64,000 nucleotides of DNA from positions 124,001 to 188,000 of the forward strand of contig VJWM01000025.1 in the NCBI GenBank assembly GCA_010909165.1, written 5' to 3'. The DNA comes from Anthoceros angustus. Its lineage: Eukaryota; Plantae; Anthocerotophyta. How positions within the stretch are numbered: the stretch's first letter is position 1; every line of letters begins with the position of its first letter. The notes beneath the pieces are model-generated. The model made no database searches. It saw only the letters and a list, made by a program, of their open reading frames with translations, and was not told the origin of the DNA. A program made the position numbers and the translations under genes. Of the stretch, positions 47,501 through 59,195 are shown one piece after another.

Positions 47501-50500
47501 GGGTCGTTGAGCAAGATCGTTGTGTATCATCGCCGGGATTGGAGGAAATTGATCTGTATGACCGGCCGGGCATATAGTGGGCGTCATCTAGAGCGCTTGT
47601 GCTCAGATCGCATATTCCCCACCAGGAGCAATATTCTCAAGTGGAGCTAGACCGAGTGCCATGGTCGGAAAGATCAAAATGAGTGATCGATGTCATCCGA
47701 CGTCATCGTGGAGGATGCGTGCTCCCACTGAAGCCCAAGTGCGTGCCTCATTAAAGGTAACACTCGAGCATAAATAACTTTGTTAGTGGGAACATCATAC
47801 AGTTTGTATGCTTTTATGCCCTCTGTATATCCCAGCATGAGTAGCTTTCTGGCTTTGTCTGAAAGCTTCTTCCGCTTCTCTTTAGGGATAAAGGCGTAGG
47901 CAAGGCAACCAAAGGTCCTTAAGTGTTTAAGGGATGGCTTCCTTCCTGTGAACACCTCATATGGGGTCTGTCCATTAACCGCGTTAGTAGGTAACCTGTT
48001 GCGTAGGTAAGTGGAAGTCATAAGGGCCTCAGCCCAGTATGGCAGCGGCAGTTGTGCGTCATGGAGCAAAGAGGAGGTCATCTCCTGCAATGTAAGGTTG
48101 AGACGCTCGCCACCCTGCTCGTGGAGTGTAGACAATCGTGAGTCATTCTACCTATTCCTTCATCCTTGCAATAGGCCTGGAATTCATGTGATGTGAATTC
48201 CCCACCATTATCGATCTTAAGGTTTTTTGCTCTGTCCATCGCTCGAAACTTGATATACTCCTTGAAGTAGGAGAAACACTCGCTCTTCTGCTGTGATGTT
48301 GTGACAAATCTGCTCTTGTCATCGGTGAATGTGAGGAAATATTTTCCTCCACCAATTGAATCTGGGACAGAGGTCCACACAGATCTGTGGACAAGTTCAA
48401 GAAGATCACTTGCGGTGAGGGGCCCGATTTTGAAGGTCGCTTGATGTCTCTTAGAAAGAACACAAGCCTCACATAATGGAATTGAGGTCAAGGGACCAAT
48501 GGGTCCATCTGGTAAAGGTCACTAACGCTAACTTTGCGGCTTTGCCATGTGTGGATGACCTAAGCGGGCATGCCACAACGAGATTTAGTTATCTGTGCTG
48601 ATGCCTTGGAGACATCCTGTGTCAAGTGGGACTCAACTATTCCACTATTCAAATGGAGAAAAGGTCATGGTCCAAGACCCATATGCAAGTACCTTCCTAT
48701 GGTCAAATGCATCTATCTATAACTGTTCTAGTAAATAGCACATGGCTGCTATTATGCATTCGATCTTCTAAGCGAGATGAGGTTTCTTGTCATGTCAGGT
48801 ACATAGTAGACATCCTGCAATTTGAGGGTTAGTCCGGTGGGCGCAAGTCTGATACCTCGACCGGGAGACAAGAGACCTATCGTCTCAAGATACACATCTT
48901 GGTCGCAAGTGGCTGTATGTTAAGAATGCGTTTCATCAAAGCAAATATGAGTCATGGCTCTGTCGAGATACCACTCAGTGGGTTTAAAATATGCTTTGGC
49001 GGACAAGCATGTGGGTAGCAGTGGACTTGCAAACTCCCTTGTTCCAAGCTAGGGCGAAGGAGTATTTTGCTTCTTGACCACAACGTGTGTCTCGTGAAGA
49101 TCCCTCCTTGCGAGGAATTCCAGCTTCTTCCGACACTCACGTTCCCAATGGCGGTGTGCACCCGATTACAAGTACACCTTTTGGTTTCTTGTATAGAGTG
49201 TTGGTTCCCTGTTGGCCAGCACCCTTGAAATTACTGCTGCTTCCACCCTTTGAGAAGGTCCTTCTACCCCTCGTCCTTGGTTGGATGTGAGGCCTGCTTT
49301 TATAGTTGGTCTTGCTTGCTTCCTCTTGAAGCATTGAGCTCACCAGCTGTGAAAAGCTCATCTCCGGCATTTCCACACCTTGTTTCTTGGCTAACAATGT
49401 AGCCTGTGTCTGTGCAGCAGTATGTGAAGTCACAAAGTGTGACCACGATTCTGGAAGAGAAAGAAGGAGTCTCATCACCATTTCATCGTCTCCTATGGTG
49501 ACTTTGGAGGCACCCTGAAGCCTTGAAGCTAGGGTCCTGAAGGTACTCACGTGCTTTTCCACTGAGTCCCCATCCTTCATTCTCAAATTTTGGAAGTTTC
49601 GCCATCAGACCCGACCATGTTACGCCTGCGTAGAGTTCCTTGAGGCGAGTTAGGATTTGGTGAAGTCTTCACCCAGAGCCCTCAACATTTCGGATGTTAG
49701 GCCCATGAGGTACTTGGCTCCATTGTCTTTAGCTAACCAACTGCTTCCTCGATATCCCTTCAGATACTCTACATTTTGGGGTTGCATATTTAAGGAGGCC
49801 TCTCATCTCGAGAACACCCTCCATCCGGATGAGCGGATATCAAAGTCATTGCCATTGAACTGTCCTTTTCTTTGAAGGATTCACTACTACCAAAGTTAGA
49901 AGACAAGGTCAGTATCACCCATGTTTCGGGTATAGCTCTTCTATGATGTGTTCTCGACCGCTTTATTGAATACGTTTCCAAAATTGTCTTGATCACTATC
50001 TGATCATTCCATTCATTACTACTTACAATGCATGTTGGTTTTGACGTTGCAGGGTTTGATCCCATGCAATTCTGCGTCTATCCTAGCACTTCTCATCTCA
50101 TATTTGTTATAGGCGTAAGTTGAACATGAAGGACAAGAATTTGGTGAGTCAAACTTCCTTTCACGATTTGTTTTACTTACGTGCTTGCAATACCTCACGA
50201 ATCTTTGGGTTAGACAGAACTCGGGTTTTAATAGCATTACAAGTTTGTAATCTATATGTGCAAGTTCTTTTAAATCCGCAAATCGATACTAGTGCGAAAC
50301 ATGACCAAATTTTGGTTGAATCTATTTTCAACATTCAACATTGTTAGTTTCAAGACGCTGAACAATTGTGTTTACCTTTGGTTGATTGTGCGCCGTGGGG
50401 AAATGGTTGGTGTACAATTTGACAAGTGGTTGATTTTGTACAACGCTCCTCTCCACGTGAATGTCGTCGAGTTACATTGGGAACAGCAATTCAAGTAGTG

Positions 50501-51276
50501 TGTTGAATGCTCCCTTCAGTGTCTCTGTTTGCGCCGGTTGAGTCCTGTGCCTGTGGCTCCATTGTTGGACACGCACATGTAATTGGTTGGCAAGGGTCAA
50601 TCTATCAGCGACTCTGTATCGATTCTGCCTAGGATTGTTGTTCCCCCTAGGATTTTCTTGGGGAGCTAGATAGATTTAATTTGCCATGGCCTTGAGCCAG
50701 GATTGTTATATCTAAAATGCAGAATTTCTGCATTATAGAGATCCTTTTATATAAATCATATACACTAATTTATTAGGCGCTTGTTCTAGTGCATCTGCAT
50801 GGAATTGTCTAAACTGACAATTTAATGGAAATGCATTAGAAAATCTGCCTGATTCAGCACCATTCGTGTTAGATTTTTCTAAAAGAAAATATCAGAAACT
50901 ATTTTCTTGAAAATCTTCTTGTTTCTTTCTTTTGAACTCATTTTCAAAATAGGAAGACTAAAGAAGATAAATTCGTGCACATTTTCTAGTGCAGAATTTC
51001 AATGCGCATCTTCCTAGATGCATTCTACATAGTGAGCTCTGATACCATAACAATATTATACAGATTATGTAGAAATAAATCACATCATTAAGTAATTACA
51101 TTGTATATCAAGAAAGGGGTTAAAGTGCTTATGCATGAAAAGACAACTTAAACTAAATGTGAAAAGACATAACGTTTCTCAAGCGACGTAACCCTAATGA
51201 ACGGTCATGTACTATAGCTTTAACTAAACCCAATTAATACAACCCTAATCATGACTCCAACACATCTATTCTGTTA
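44567..51276 (-). mobile_element. Full-length Ty1/copia element nested in the gypsy pol
   Basis: LTRs at 44567-44786 and 51048-51276; TSD ACCTG at 44562-44566 and 51277-51281; PBS (rc TGGTATCAGAGC) 51036-51047; PPT 44787-44795; gag (~49137-49900), integrase (CEACVLSK, DNGGEF, YWAEA; 47674-48490), RT (YMQQPPGF, LYGLKQS, YVDD; 46622-46999), RNase H (NPVFHARTKHVE). Confidence 0.95.
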
Positions 51277-52996
51277 ACCTGGACACCAGAAAGGGAGGCG
51301 GCATTCGAGACCCATGACCACTGACTGCCCCAAGATCTGAAAGGTCCTGGGGAAAGCGGTTCCATGTGTATGTGGATGTGTCAGCCTTCGCCATCGGAGT
51401 GGTGCTCACCAAAAGACGACAAACGGAGGGATCATCCAATCTACTATACGAAGATGCTCACGACGCAACGGAAGTACACTACTACGGAGCGAGAGGCATT
51501 AGGAATGGTATACGCAGCTAAGAAATTCGAGACACCTTCCTAAATGAGTTTGTGTTCTATGTTGATCACTCGCTCAAGCACTTGGTGAACAAGGCGACTT
51601 GTCCGGACGAGGTGGATTCTGTTGCTCTGAGTTCACATTTGAGGTGGAGACTAGGCAAGGGCTGGCAACACCAAACCGACTTCTTGTCCAGATTAAAGAC
51701 GGAGCCTATCCGCAAGATCGGAGGACGCCTTCCGGATGAGGAACGGTGGCGATAGAGGAAGAAGCGAGACATGCAATGACAAACCCTAAGTCACACAATG
51801 GACCCACGCGGAGAAGGGACACTACTAGAAGCAGAGGGTGTTTGTTACACGCTTTTATGTTGCGAGTTTGTTATGGCCCACAATCGTTACAAATTTTGGT
51901 TTGGAGGAGGGCATGTCATAATAGGACATGTTTGTTACGCTGCAATATAACACTTGTGTCTTCAATAATGGGGGCCGCTTGTCCCCATTGCCAATTCTCC
52001 ACCCTTTTCATTTTCTTGTGTTAAAAAATAGCTATCCCACGGGGTATCCCGGAGCCCAATGTGTTTTCCTCGGTTCCATTCCGGCCCGTCACCCACCTTT
52101 TTAAAGTACATGCCAGCTGTACGTGTTCACCGCATTCTTTGTAGCTACATTTCCCAATGCCATGCGCATTTAAAAGGTGATTAACGGTTGTGGCACGTGC
52201 TCGTAGGTGGAAGGATCATCGAGCCATTTTCTAATAATATTCTTTCTCCGCCCCCATTTGCGAAGAACAACATCGGAATCACGAGAGGTGCTTCATCATC
52301 TCTTGTAGACGAGGAACCGAACAACCTTTTAGATGGAAAGGAGCATGTTCCAAAGCAATGTTTGCCCCGGTCTGCCACGCATGGGATCTTCCTTTGTGAG
52401 ACGACCGCTCCATCTGCGCCTGTGAAGGTGCCTTATGTCAAACCAAGGTCTTCCGCTCCCGCTGCATGGCATGTCGAAAAATCGTGGCCACAACGAGCGC
52501 AGAGAAGCCCGAATCATTGTCCGCCTGCGAAGTTTGGCCGCAGATGCAGACGTCCCTCACCCTTGGGACCCCAAGCCATGGCTCTCTTGTGCAACTTCAT
52601 AACATTGATGGTAAGCACTTTTGTAAACCGTGTGTTTCTTTGGTTTGTGTTTGTGGATGATTGTGAAATGTGGCCTCAATGGACTACTTAGGGAGAGAAC
52701 TCGATTCCTCAAAGTGATAGAAGCCGCACTTTCATTCCGCATGAGCATGGAGATTATTGACGAGATCGGGACCCGTCCGAGGAAGAAGGCAAAGGTGCTA
52801 AGAACTTGTCATCCCGGTTGTACAAGATCGGATCCACAGCCTTCGCCACTCAAAGACTTTCACCGTCGAACAACCGATTCTCTTGACAAGAGAACTCGCA
52901 CACACCGCCTTCTCACACACGTTAGGAGAACCAAGAACACACAGATCAAGGGTGAATACCTGGTCGTTATGCATTTAGGCTTCCAACAACAAAAAT

Positions 52997-53647
52997 TCAA
53001 ATACCAATTTTCTTTGTCCCACTGTGCTGGTAGAACTCCCCTTCGTGCACCTCCACTGCCACTGCCTCGGCAAGGCTTTGTATCCGGAACAAGTACCCAT
53101 GTGATCGTCCAGCTAGCAGCCCATATAGTAGTCCTCCAGCCAGTGTGTAGCAGGCCTCAACAATCATCTCAGCCGCCTCAAGGAGCTGGTATTGCCCCTC
53201 GTCATTGCATTTGAAGTCCGCATATCCCGCAAAATGGTCCACCCTATTGTACGTGAACAAAAGCCTCGTTTGCCACCTGAAGAAATTGGCACCATCCACT
53301 GCCTGCCTCACAATGGTCACAAGGCCACATGCTATTGAAGGACTAGTAAGCATGGATCTCGGCGCATACTGGGCCTCCCATAGCAAATACCGACGCTCTT
53401 CCCAAAGAGGGCCACGTTCACGCACATAGATGTGTTTCCCCCACATCCACTTGTGGTATTGTGCCTCTTCCTGCAAAGACATCCGCAAGTTCCCTCCAAT
53501 CCATTGTGCCCGGTTAGGTGCTGAGATCATTTCGCCGAATTGGGCCTCCTTCTGCACAACCAACACATTGAACTTGTGCGCCGACATCATGGCATCATAG
53601 TACATTTTCTCCCTAGGAGTCTCAAACCTCAGCATTAAGATGTTCAC
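52997..53647 (-). CDS. Hypothetical protein inside the CACTA element (216 aa)
   Basis: Uninterrupted ORF with globular, aromatic-rich composition. No family recognised. Confidence 0.45.
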   Translation of the reverse strand: MNILMLRFETPREKMYYDAMMSAHKFNVLVVQKEAQFGEMISAPNRAQWIGGNLRMSLQEEAQYHKWMWGKHIYVRERGPLWEERRYLLWEAQYAPRSMLTSPSIACGLVTIVRQAVDGANFFRWQTRLLFTYNRVDHFAGYADFKCNDEGQYQLLEAAEMIVEACYTLAGGLLYGLLAGRSHGYLFRIQSLAEAVAVEVHEGEFYQHSGTKKIGI

Positions 53648-55549
53648 GCGCTTCCGAGTGCCTCTACGGCTTTGTAAACGTAAATTGCCTCCTTGGCTCG
53701 TCCCAGAAACCCAATCCTAGCTGCTCAGCATGCCGCCCACTTGGTGTGTCGGTGTATCATCGCAACACCGCAAAGGTCCATCCTCTTCCAAGCTAGCCCT
53801 TGCAAACTGTGATGCATTTGCAACCTTTCCTCCATGACTGCACCATCCATCTCCCTTCCGGTGCCCACTCTTGCACTGCACGCCCCGGCGGAATGCCCGG
53901 ACATACACCTTCTCCGGCCTTCGACCGCCCCTGCCCAAGACTCCATACGGATTGGCAACCTCTTCCTCGCCATCGGGTGGGGAGCTGGTCCACCGACAAG
54001 TAGTCTTCGTCGGTCGGCGTTCACACCATGCAATGCCCCGCTTACGCCGCATCCTCTTGGTACTCGATGGGTGGGTTTGCGGCGCGAAACAAGCCGCTCC
54101 ATGCGCCGTGGTGATGGTGGGACAACTCGGCATGTCGACGCCCGCCTCTGTGTCCTCCATTTTTGGGAACGCCAATAGCGATTGGCAATCGTCTCAAAGT
54201 TGCCTACAATGTAGAGAAGGAAGCCCAGACGACCCCTTTTCTTGTTAGTGCACATCGCCCGGCGAATATGAGAATGTGACAAAGGCTAGTGAGAGACGTT
54301 GGATGTTGGTAACGCTAGCATGTCGCATCGCTACTCGACGCCGACGAATACCCACCACCGCTCCTCAATTGGTGACCTTGGCCAGCCTAGTGGTTAGAGC
54401 CGTGACATGCACCGTGATGATATCCACCGCCACCCCTTCCTCTTGCCGCAAAGGAAAGAAGTGGTGTCCAACGCCAAGCGCATGCCGCGACCAAGCATCA
54501 ACAATGACGTTAGTGTGCAATCAGCCTCGAATCCATTTAGGAATCCAGCATGACGTCCACCTATTTCCCAAGGTTCGTGCATTGGATGTTGTGTATGGAT
54601 GTGGCTGCGGGTCTTGGTGAAGTCTCGGAGTGGTGGGCTGAACCTTTCTGTTCCTGTCAATTGCACCGTGTCATTTGCAAATTGGGCATGCGCTGTGCGC
54701 TTGGGTTGTTCCATCCGCTTGGGTCGTTCCATCCATTCTGCCATTTTCCTGCGTCGGTGCGATTGGGGGCATGATGGTTGCGGTGTGGAGGGAAGTGGCG
54801 GCGATCGCTTCGACGGGGAGACGGGTTTCCACACACGCACTTTCCCGCCACTATGGTTCAAGAGGAGATCCGGTTGACAACGTACATGATGTGTCCTCGC
54901 CTGCGTGTGAAGGCGACGTGACTTCCATTCACGCCTCTGTTCACCGCCGAAACTATTCGAGGATGGTTCCGTGATGTGGGTGGATGCGAAAAATGTCCCG
55001 CGTTGAAATGTTCGCTCCATAATTGGCTTGTTTGAATAATACATGGAAACCGGCAAGCCTTCATTTATGCATCGATGTTCTTCTTCGTGCATGCGGTTGA
55101 ACATGATGCAAGGTTAGCGCCAAGCGAAGCGACTATTGGGCCGCCATACCGCCGGCTTTGACCCGCGTAACGCCAATGTTGGGCGTGTTAATGGGAATGT
55201 GGAGGGAATCCCAGCCCGCAGCCTATAGTGACATCGGACGCACCGCATACGCCGGCGACGCCGCCCCGAGAGATGAACCAAGAAACGGAGCCGAGATACC
55301 TATGGGTTTCATCTAATGAAGAGTCATGAGTCGAGGACGAAATGGATGTAATCCCATTGATGATACCGACTTGGATGCCGACTTGATGACCTCATGGCAC
55401 TGCAGTGTTCCAGATGTGCCGGACAGAAAGTGAGGCCGCGCCACGGCAGAGCGCCTTTGTTCACCATGGAAGAAGCATGTCTTTCCAAAGAGACCGATTG
55501 ATCGCCACCTTGCTTCTCGTCTCGATCCAAACAATGCATGGTATTTCGA

Positions 55550-57950
55550 TGGCTATGTCCGATATTTTGTGATTTCGTGCATTTGTTGCACGAAGGAATT
55601 CACCGGCCAAGTCCATGTCGAAGCCAAAAACTTTGTTTTCCTTTGGGCCGCGGTTCGAGAAGATTCATACTGCGTTAATGACTCGCTCTTGGCCCATATG
55701 CGGAGATGATCACGCATAAAATGTGATGCGAGGGTATGTGGAGGGGACCGGGTTGCCAAATGGGTCGAGGCGAACGGCTCGAAAGGTCATGTGGCATTTC
55801 CTTTGAAGGATAGGCTCAACCGGATTTTTAGAGCACCCAACGCTGATTGATGACATCCTACACGGAACTCCGAGTTGTGATGGCTCCATGGGCATAATGG
55901 CGGACACTGCGTGGGAGGCTCTTGATGGATTGGATGGCTTAGTGAACCCGGAACATCCGGCTCGCAATGTATGGATTTAACCCTTTTGGACACAGTCGCC
56001 ACATCCATTTGGCTGTAATGCTTTTTCACAACCTACCGCCATGGCTTAGCACAAAGATGGTCATATCATCATGCCCCTTATCGTCCGGGTCCCCATATTG
56101 TGCCTAACTTTGATGTTTACCTAGAACCTCTTCCGGAGGAGCTAAAAGACCTATGGCATGGGATCCCTATGGAAGACTTTTCTCCCATCGGAAGATCCTA
56201 GACGGCGCGCGTGTTGCGAGCCGCAGGTGCACACCATAGCGATTATCCGGAATCGGTACACTAACAAAGCTTTCGGTGAAAGGTTCTAGGGCATGTGTAG
56301 ATTGTTGGGGTGCGTTGCACTCGTTGGGCCCACCACGCATGGAAGGAGGAGTACCTTGGATACGTGGCTTCCGCAACCATCCAATGCGGAGGCCGGACTT
56401 GGATCGATACAATAATGAAGAGGAGAGGCCTCGCCCACAACCCTCCTATGATGACCTCATGTGATATGGACAGGAGAGAGGTTGCAACAAGGAGAGAGTT
56501 GAGGAAAGGGCAAGTTCGGGACCCGCAGTCTTTATGGTTTGAATATCCGCCGTATTGGAGGTATATGCTTAAGTGGGCATGTAAAGATGTCATGCACGTT
56601 GAAAAGAACAATGCGGAGGCTCTGTGGCACCTTCATAGGGAGAAAGATGATATTAGATCACGCTTAGACATGGAACAATATGGGGGAAAGAAGGAGCTAT
56701 GGCCTTTGGCAGGGAACAGGGAAACGTTTCTCTCCCTATGTCCTCTCGAAGCCAGACTTGGATTTGGTTTTTTTGGAAATGCAAGCAATAAGGTTACCTA
56801 CGGATATGCGTCAAACATTGCGTCAAAGATGTCTACTGGTAAGCTGGGGAATTTGAAAGCCCATGATTGGCATATACTCATGGAGATTTATTTTCCAATT
56901 GTTTTGCGAGGTCGAATCAAACCATCCAGATATAAGCAAAGTTTGGACTCAAGAAACTTTATCGGTGGATATGCCAACAAGAATACCGCCATGAGGTTGG
57001 GAGAATGCAACAAGAGTGCATCGAGGTGATGTGTGAGTTGGAAAGAGAATTCCCCCCCAACTTGTTCGACATATCGACCCATCTCATAATCCACTTGGTG
57101 GATGAGGTTGCAGCTCTAGGGCCGGTTCACGTGCGATGGATGTATCCCGTTGAAAGGTATCTGGGAAGCAGGAAAGGAACAATCCGCCAGCGTAGCAAAC
57201 CGGAGGGCAGTATGGCGGAAGGTTACGTCAGAGATGAGTCTTTGCATTATGCAAAGTCCTTTCTCCGGCAACATTATCCACAGTCAGACCATATTTGGCG
57301 CGGTGTCGCAGACGGGGATGCCCACGAGAAGACCTTAGGGATAGGACGAGCATACAAATTTACCACGCCGGAGTTGCACCAAGTCCACACCTTCGTGCTG
57401 TTACACACCACGGTTATGGACCCTTTCTTACAGATGTACCATGAGGAAATTAACCAGGACATGGGACACAACCGTTCCTTTCGGGCTTGGATTCATGATG
57501 GTCGAAATGGAGGACGTTGGGAGGGCTTGCCGCATATGACTGATGACGTTGCCGCGCTCATGGACGGCCCTTCACTTGTGGCAACGGCATACAAGCACAT
57601 GATATGCAAAGGTAGCCACCTCCGCACTATAGTCGCAGATATGCACAGGAAAACTACCCAAGATAGCGGTGTCTACACACAGTACGTAATGGGAGACGGA
57701 GGATCGGACTTACGGCAATGTGCAAGAGATATTGCGCTTCGCCTCGTGGTATGAACCTCTTATCTTGAAGGTTAAGTGGTATGAGTGCAACCCGAATGGC
57801 GATTCATCCATAAGGTCTACATTGGCGGATTCGACCTTGTGTGTACACGCCATTGTAACGCATCACCGATGACATGGACACACCATTCATATGGCCGCAT
57901 CAAGTGACGCAGTGTATCCTACATCCGGATGGCGGAGAATAGAGGGTGGG
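55550..57950 (+). pseudogene. CACTA Tnp2/TnpD transposase (Transposase_21 + DUF4218-type regions), frameshifted
   Basis: NLPPWL, FDVYLEPL.EELKDLW, DVMHVEKN, GYASNI, LKAHDWHILM, FPPNLFDISTHLIIHLVDE..LGPVHVRWMYPVERYL, PEGSMAEGY, TTQDSGV. Confidence 0.9.
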
Positions 57951-58226
57951 CAATAGTCCCCACTCCCGCACGGGTGGAGAGAGAGCGGGAGCAAATGAGG
58001 ATGAAGATTGATTTACAAGGTTGACGCTTTCATCCATCGCTTGATACATGGGAGTCGCTCGCCGTGACAAGATGCACAATGAAACTAGGGTTATAGACGG
58101 GATTGAAACCGAGAGAATGCGCGGCTCAAAGATTGAAATCAATTTGCTTTATGGCATAGGCAAGGGCCTTTGTGGCATCAAAACATAAGGGTGAACGAAC
58201 TGTCAACCAACCGCTCAACTCACATC

Positions 58227-58673
58227 CTACTTCTCGCCCCTTCCATAATGGAGGATGTATGGCCACTCCAAAACAATCGACGGTGTTAATAACGTGCAAT
58301 ACAGGCGTGCCTGCACTGCTCGCATAATACAGGACCCACCAAGTCCGCGCCTCAGATAAACCAATCCCGAATATCCAACCGCAACAAATCCATCCACTCC
58401 GTGATCTCCAAAGAACACCTCCCAATTTCGAGCGTCGCGAGCATCTAAGACATCACTCGATGTCCGGAGAGCAGCAACCCAACGCCGAGCACCTTCTTCG
58501 CGTTCCACGGGCTCGATTGAGGGAAGCTGTCGATATGTCCAGGCATCAACCCATGTCTGACGGATGATCCCCTCCATGTGGGCGAGAAAACGGTCGCGGT
58601 CTCCGCCTCCAACGGGCTCTCCAGCCATTGCCAAGTCCACTTCCGCCAATGCCTGCAAAGCCACCATCCACAA
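58227..58673 (-). CDS. Hypothetical protein inside the CACTA element (148 aa)
   Basis: Open ORF with protein-like composition, convergent with the transposase. No family recognised. Confidence 0.4.
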   Translation of the reverse strand: MWMVALQALAEVDLAMAGEPVGGGDRDRFLAHMEGIIRQTWVDAWTYRQLPSIEPVEREEGARRWVAALRTSSDVLDARDARNWEVFFGDHGVDGFVAVGYSGLVYLRRGLGGSCIMRAVQARLYCTLLTPSIVLEWPYILHYGRGEK

Positions 58674-59014
58674 TTAAATGGGCAACAAGGACGGTAGGTG
58701 AGGGAGGCCGTGTGCACAAACGAGGAAACATTCCAAAGATGCCGACATTGAAGGGTGCAGGGGAAGGTGCTAACGCTACAGTACGATAGCACAAACACGG
58801 CGCGACAGCGGTGGCGGAAGGATGGGTAGCATGAAGTAGGAGATTAGCATCTTGACAATGCGAGTTCACGTCACAATCGGCGGCACGCTACCGACAAGCG
58901 TGCTCACCGCAGAGGTTATGAGCGGCCCACGCGCGGGCGTGGCCGGTCGGCGGGCCGCCAACGACGCCATGGCACTTGATGACACGATGAGGTTGCTGGT
59001 ATTTAATGAAGCAC

Positions 59015-59195
59015 GGATAATGGCCATTTTCCTTGGCTAATGGCCATTGTCCGGATAATGGCCATTGTCCTTGGACAATGGCCATTTTCCTTGGCTAATG
59101 TCCATCATCCGGGACAATGGCCATTGTCCCAGATGATTAATGGATGGGCCATTGTCCTTGGATAATGGCCATTGTCCTGGATTATGGCATTTTCT
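59015..59195. repeat. Array of ~8 palindromic AATGGCCATT motifs (~18-21 bp period)
   Basis: GGATAATGGCCATTTTCCTT / GGACAATGGCCATTGTCC units are visible. Confidence 0.85.
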
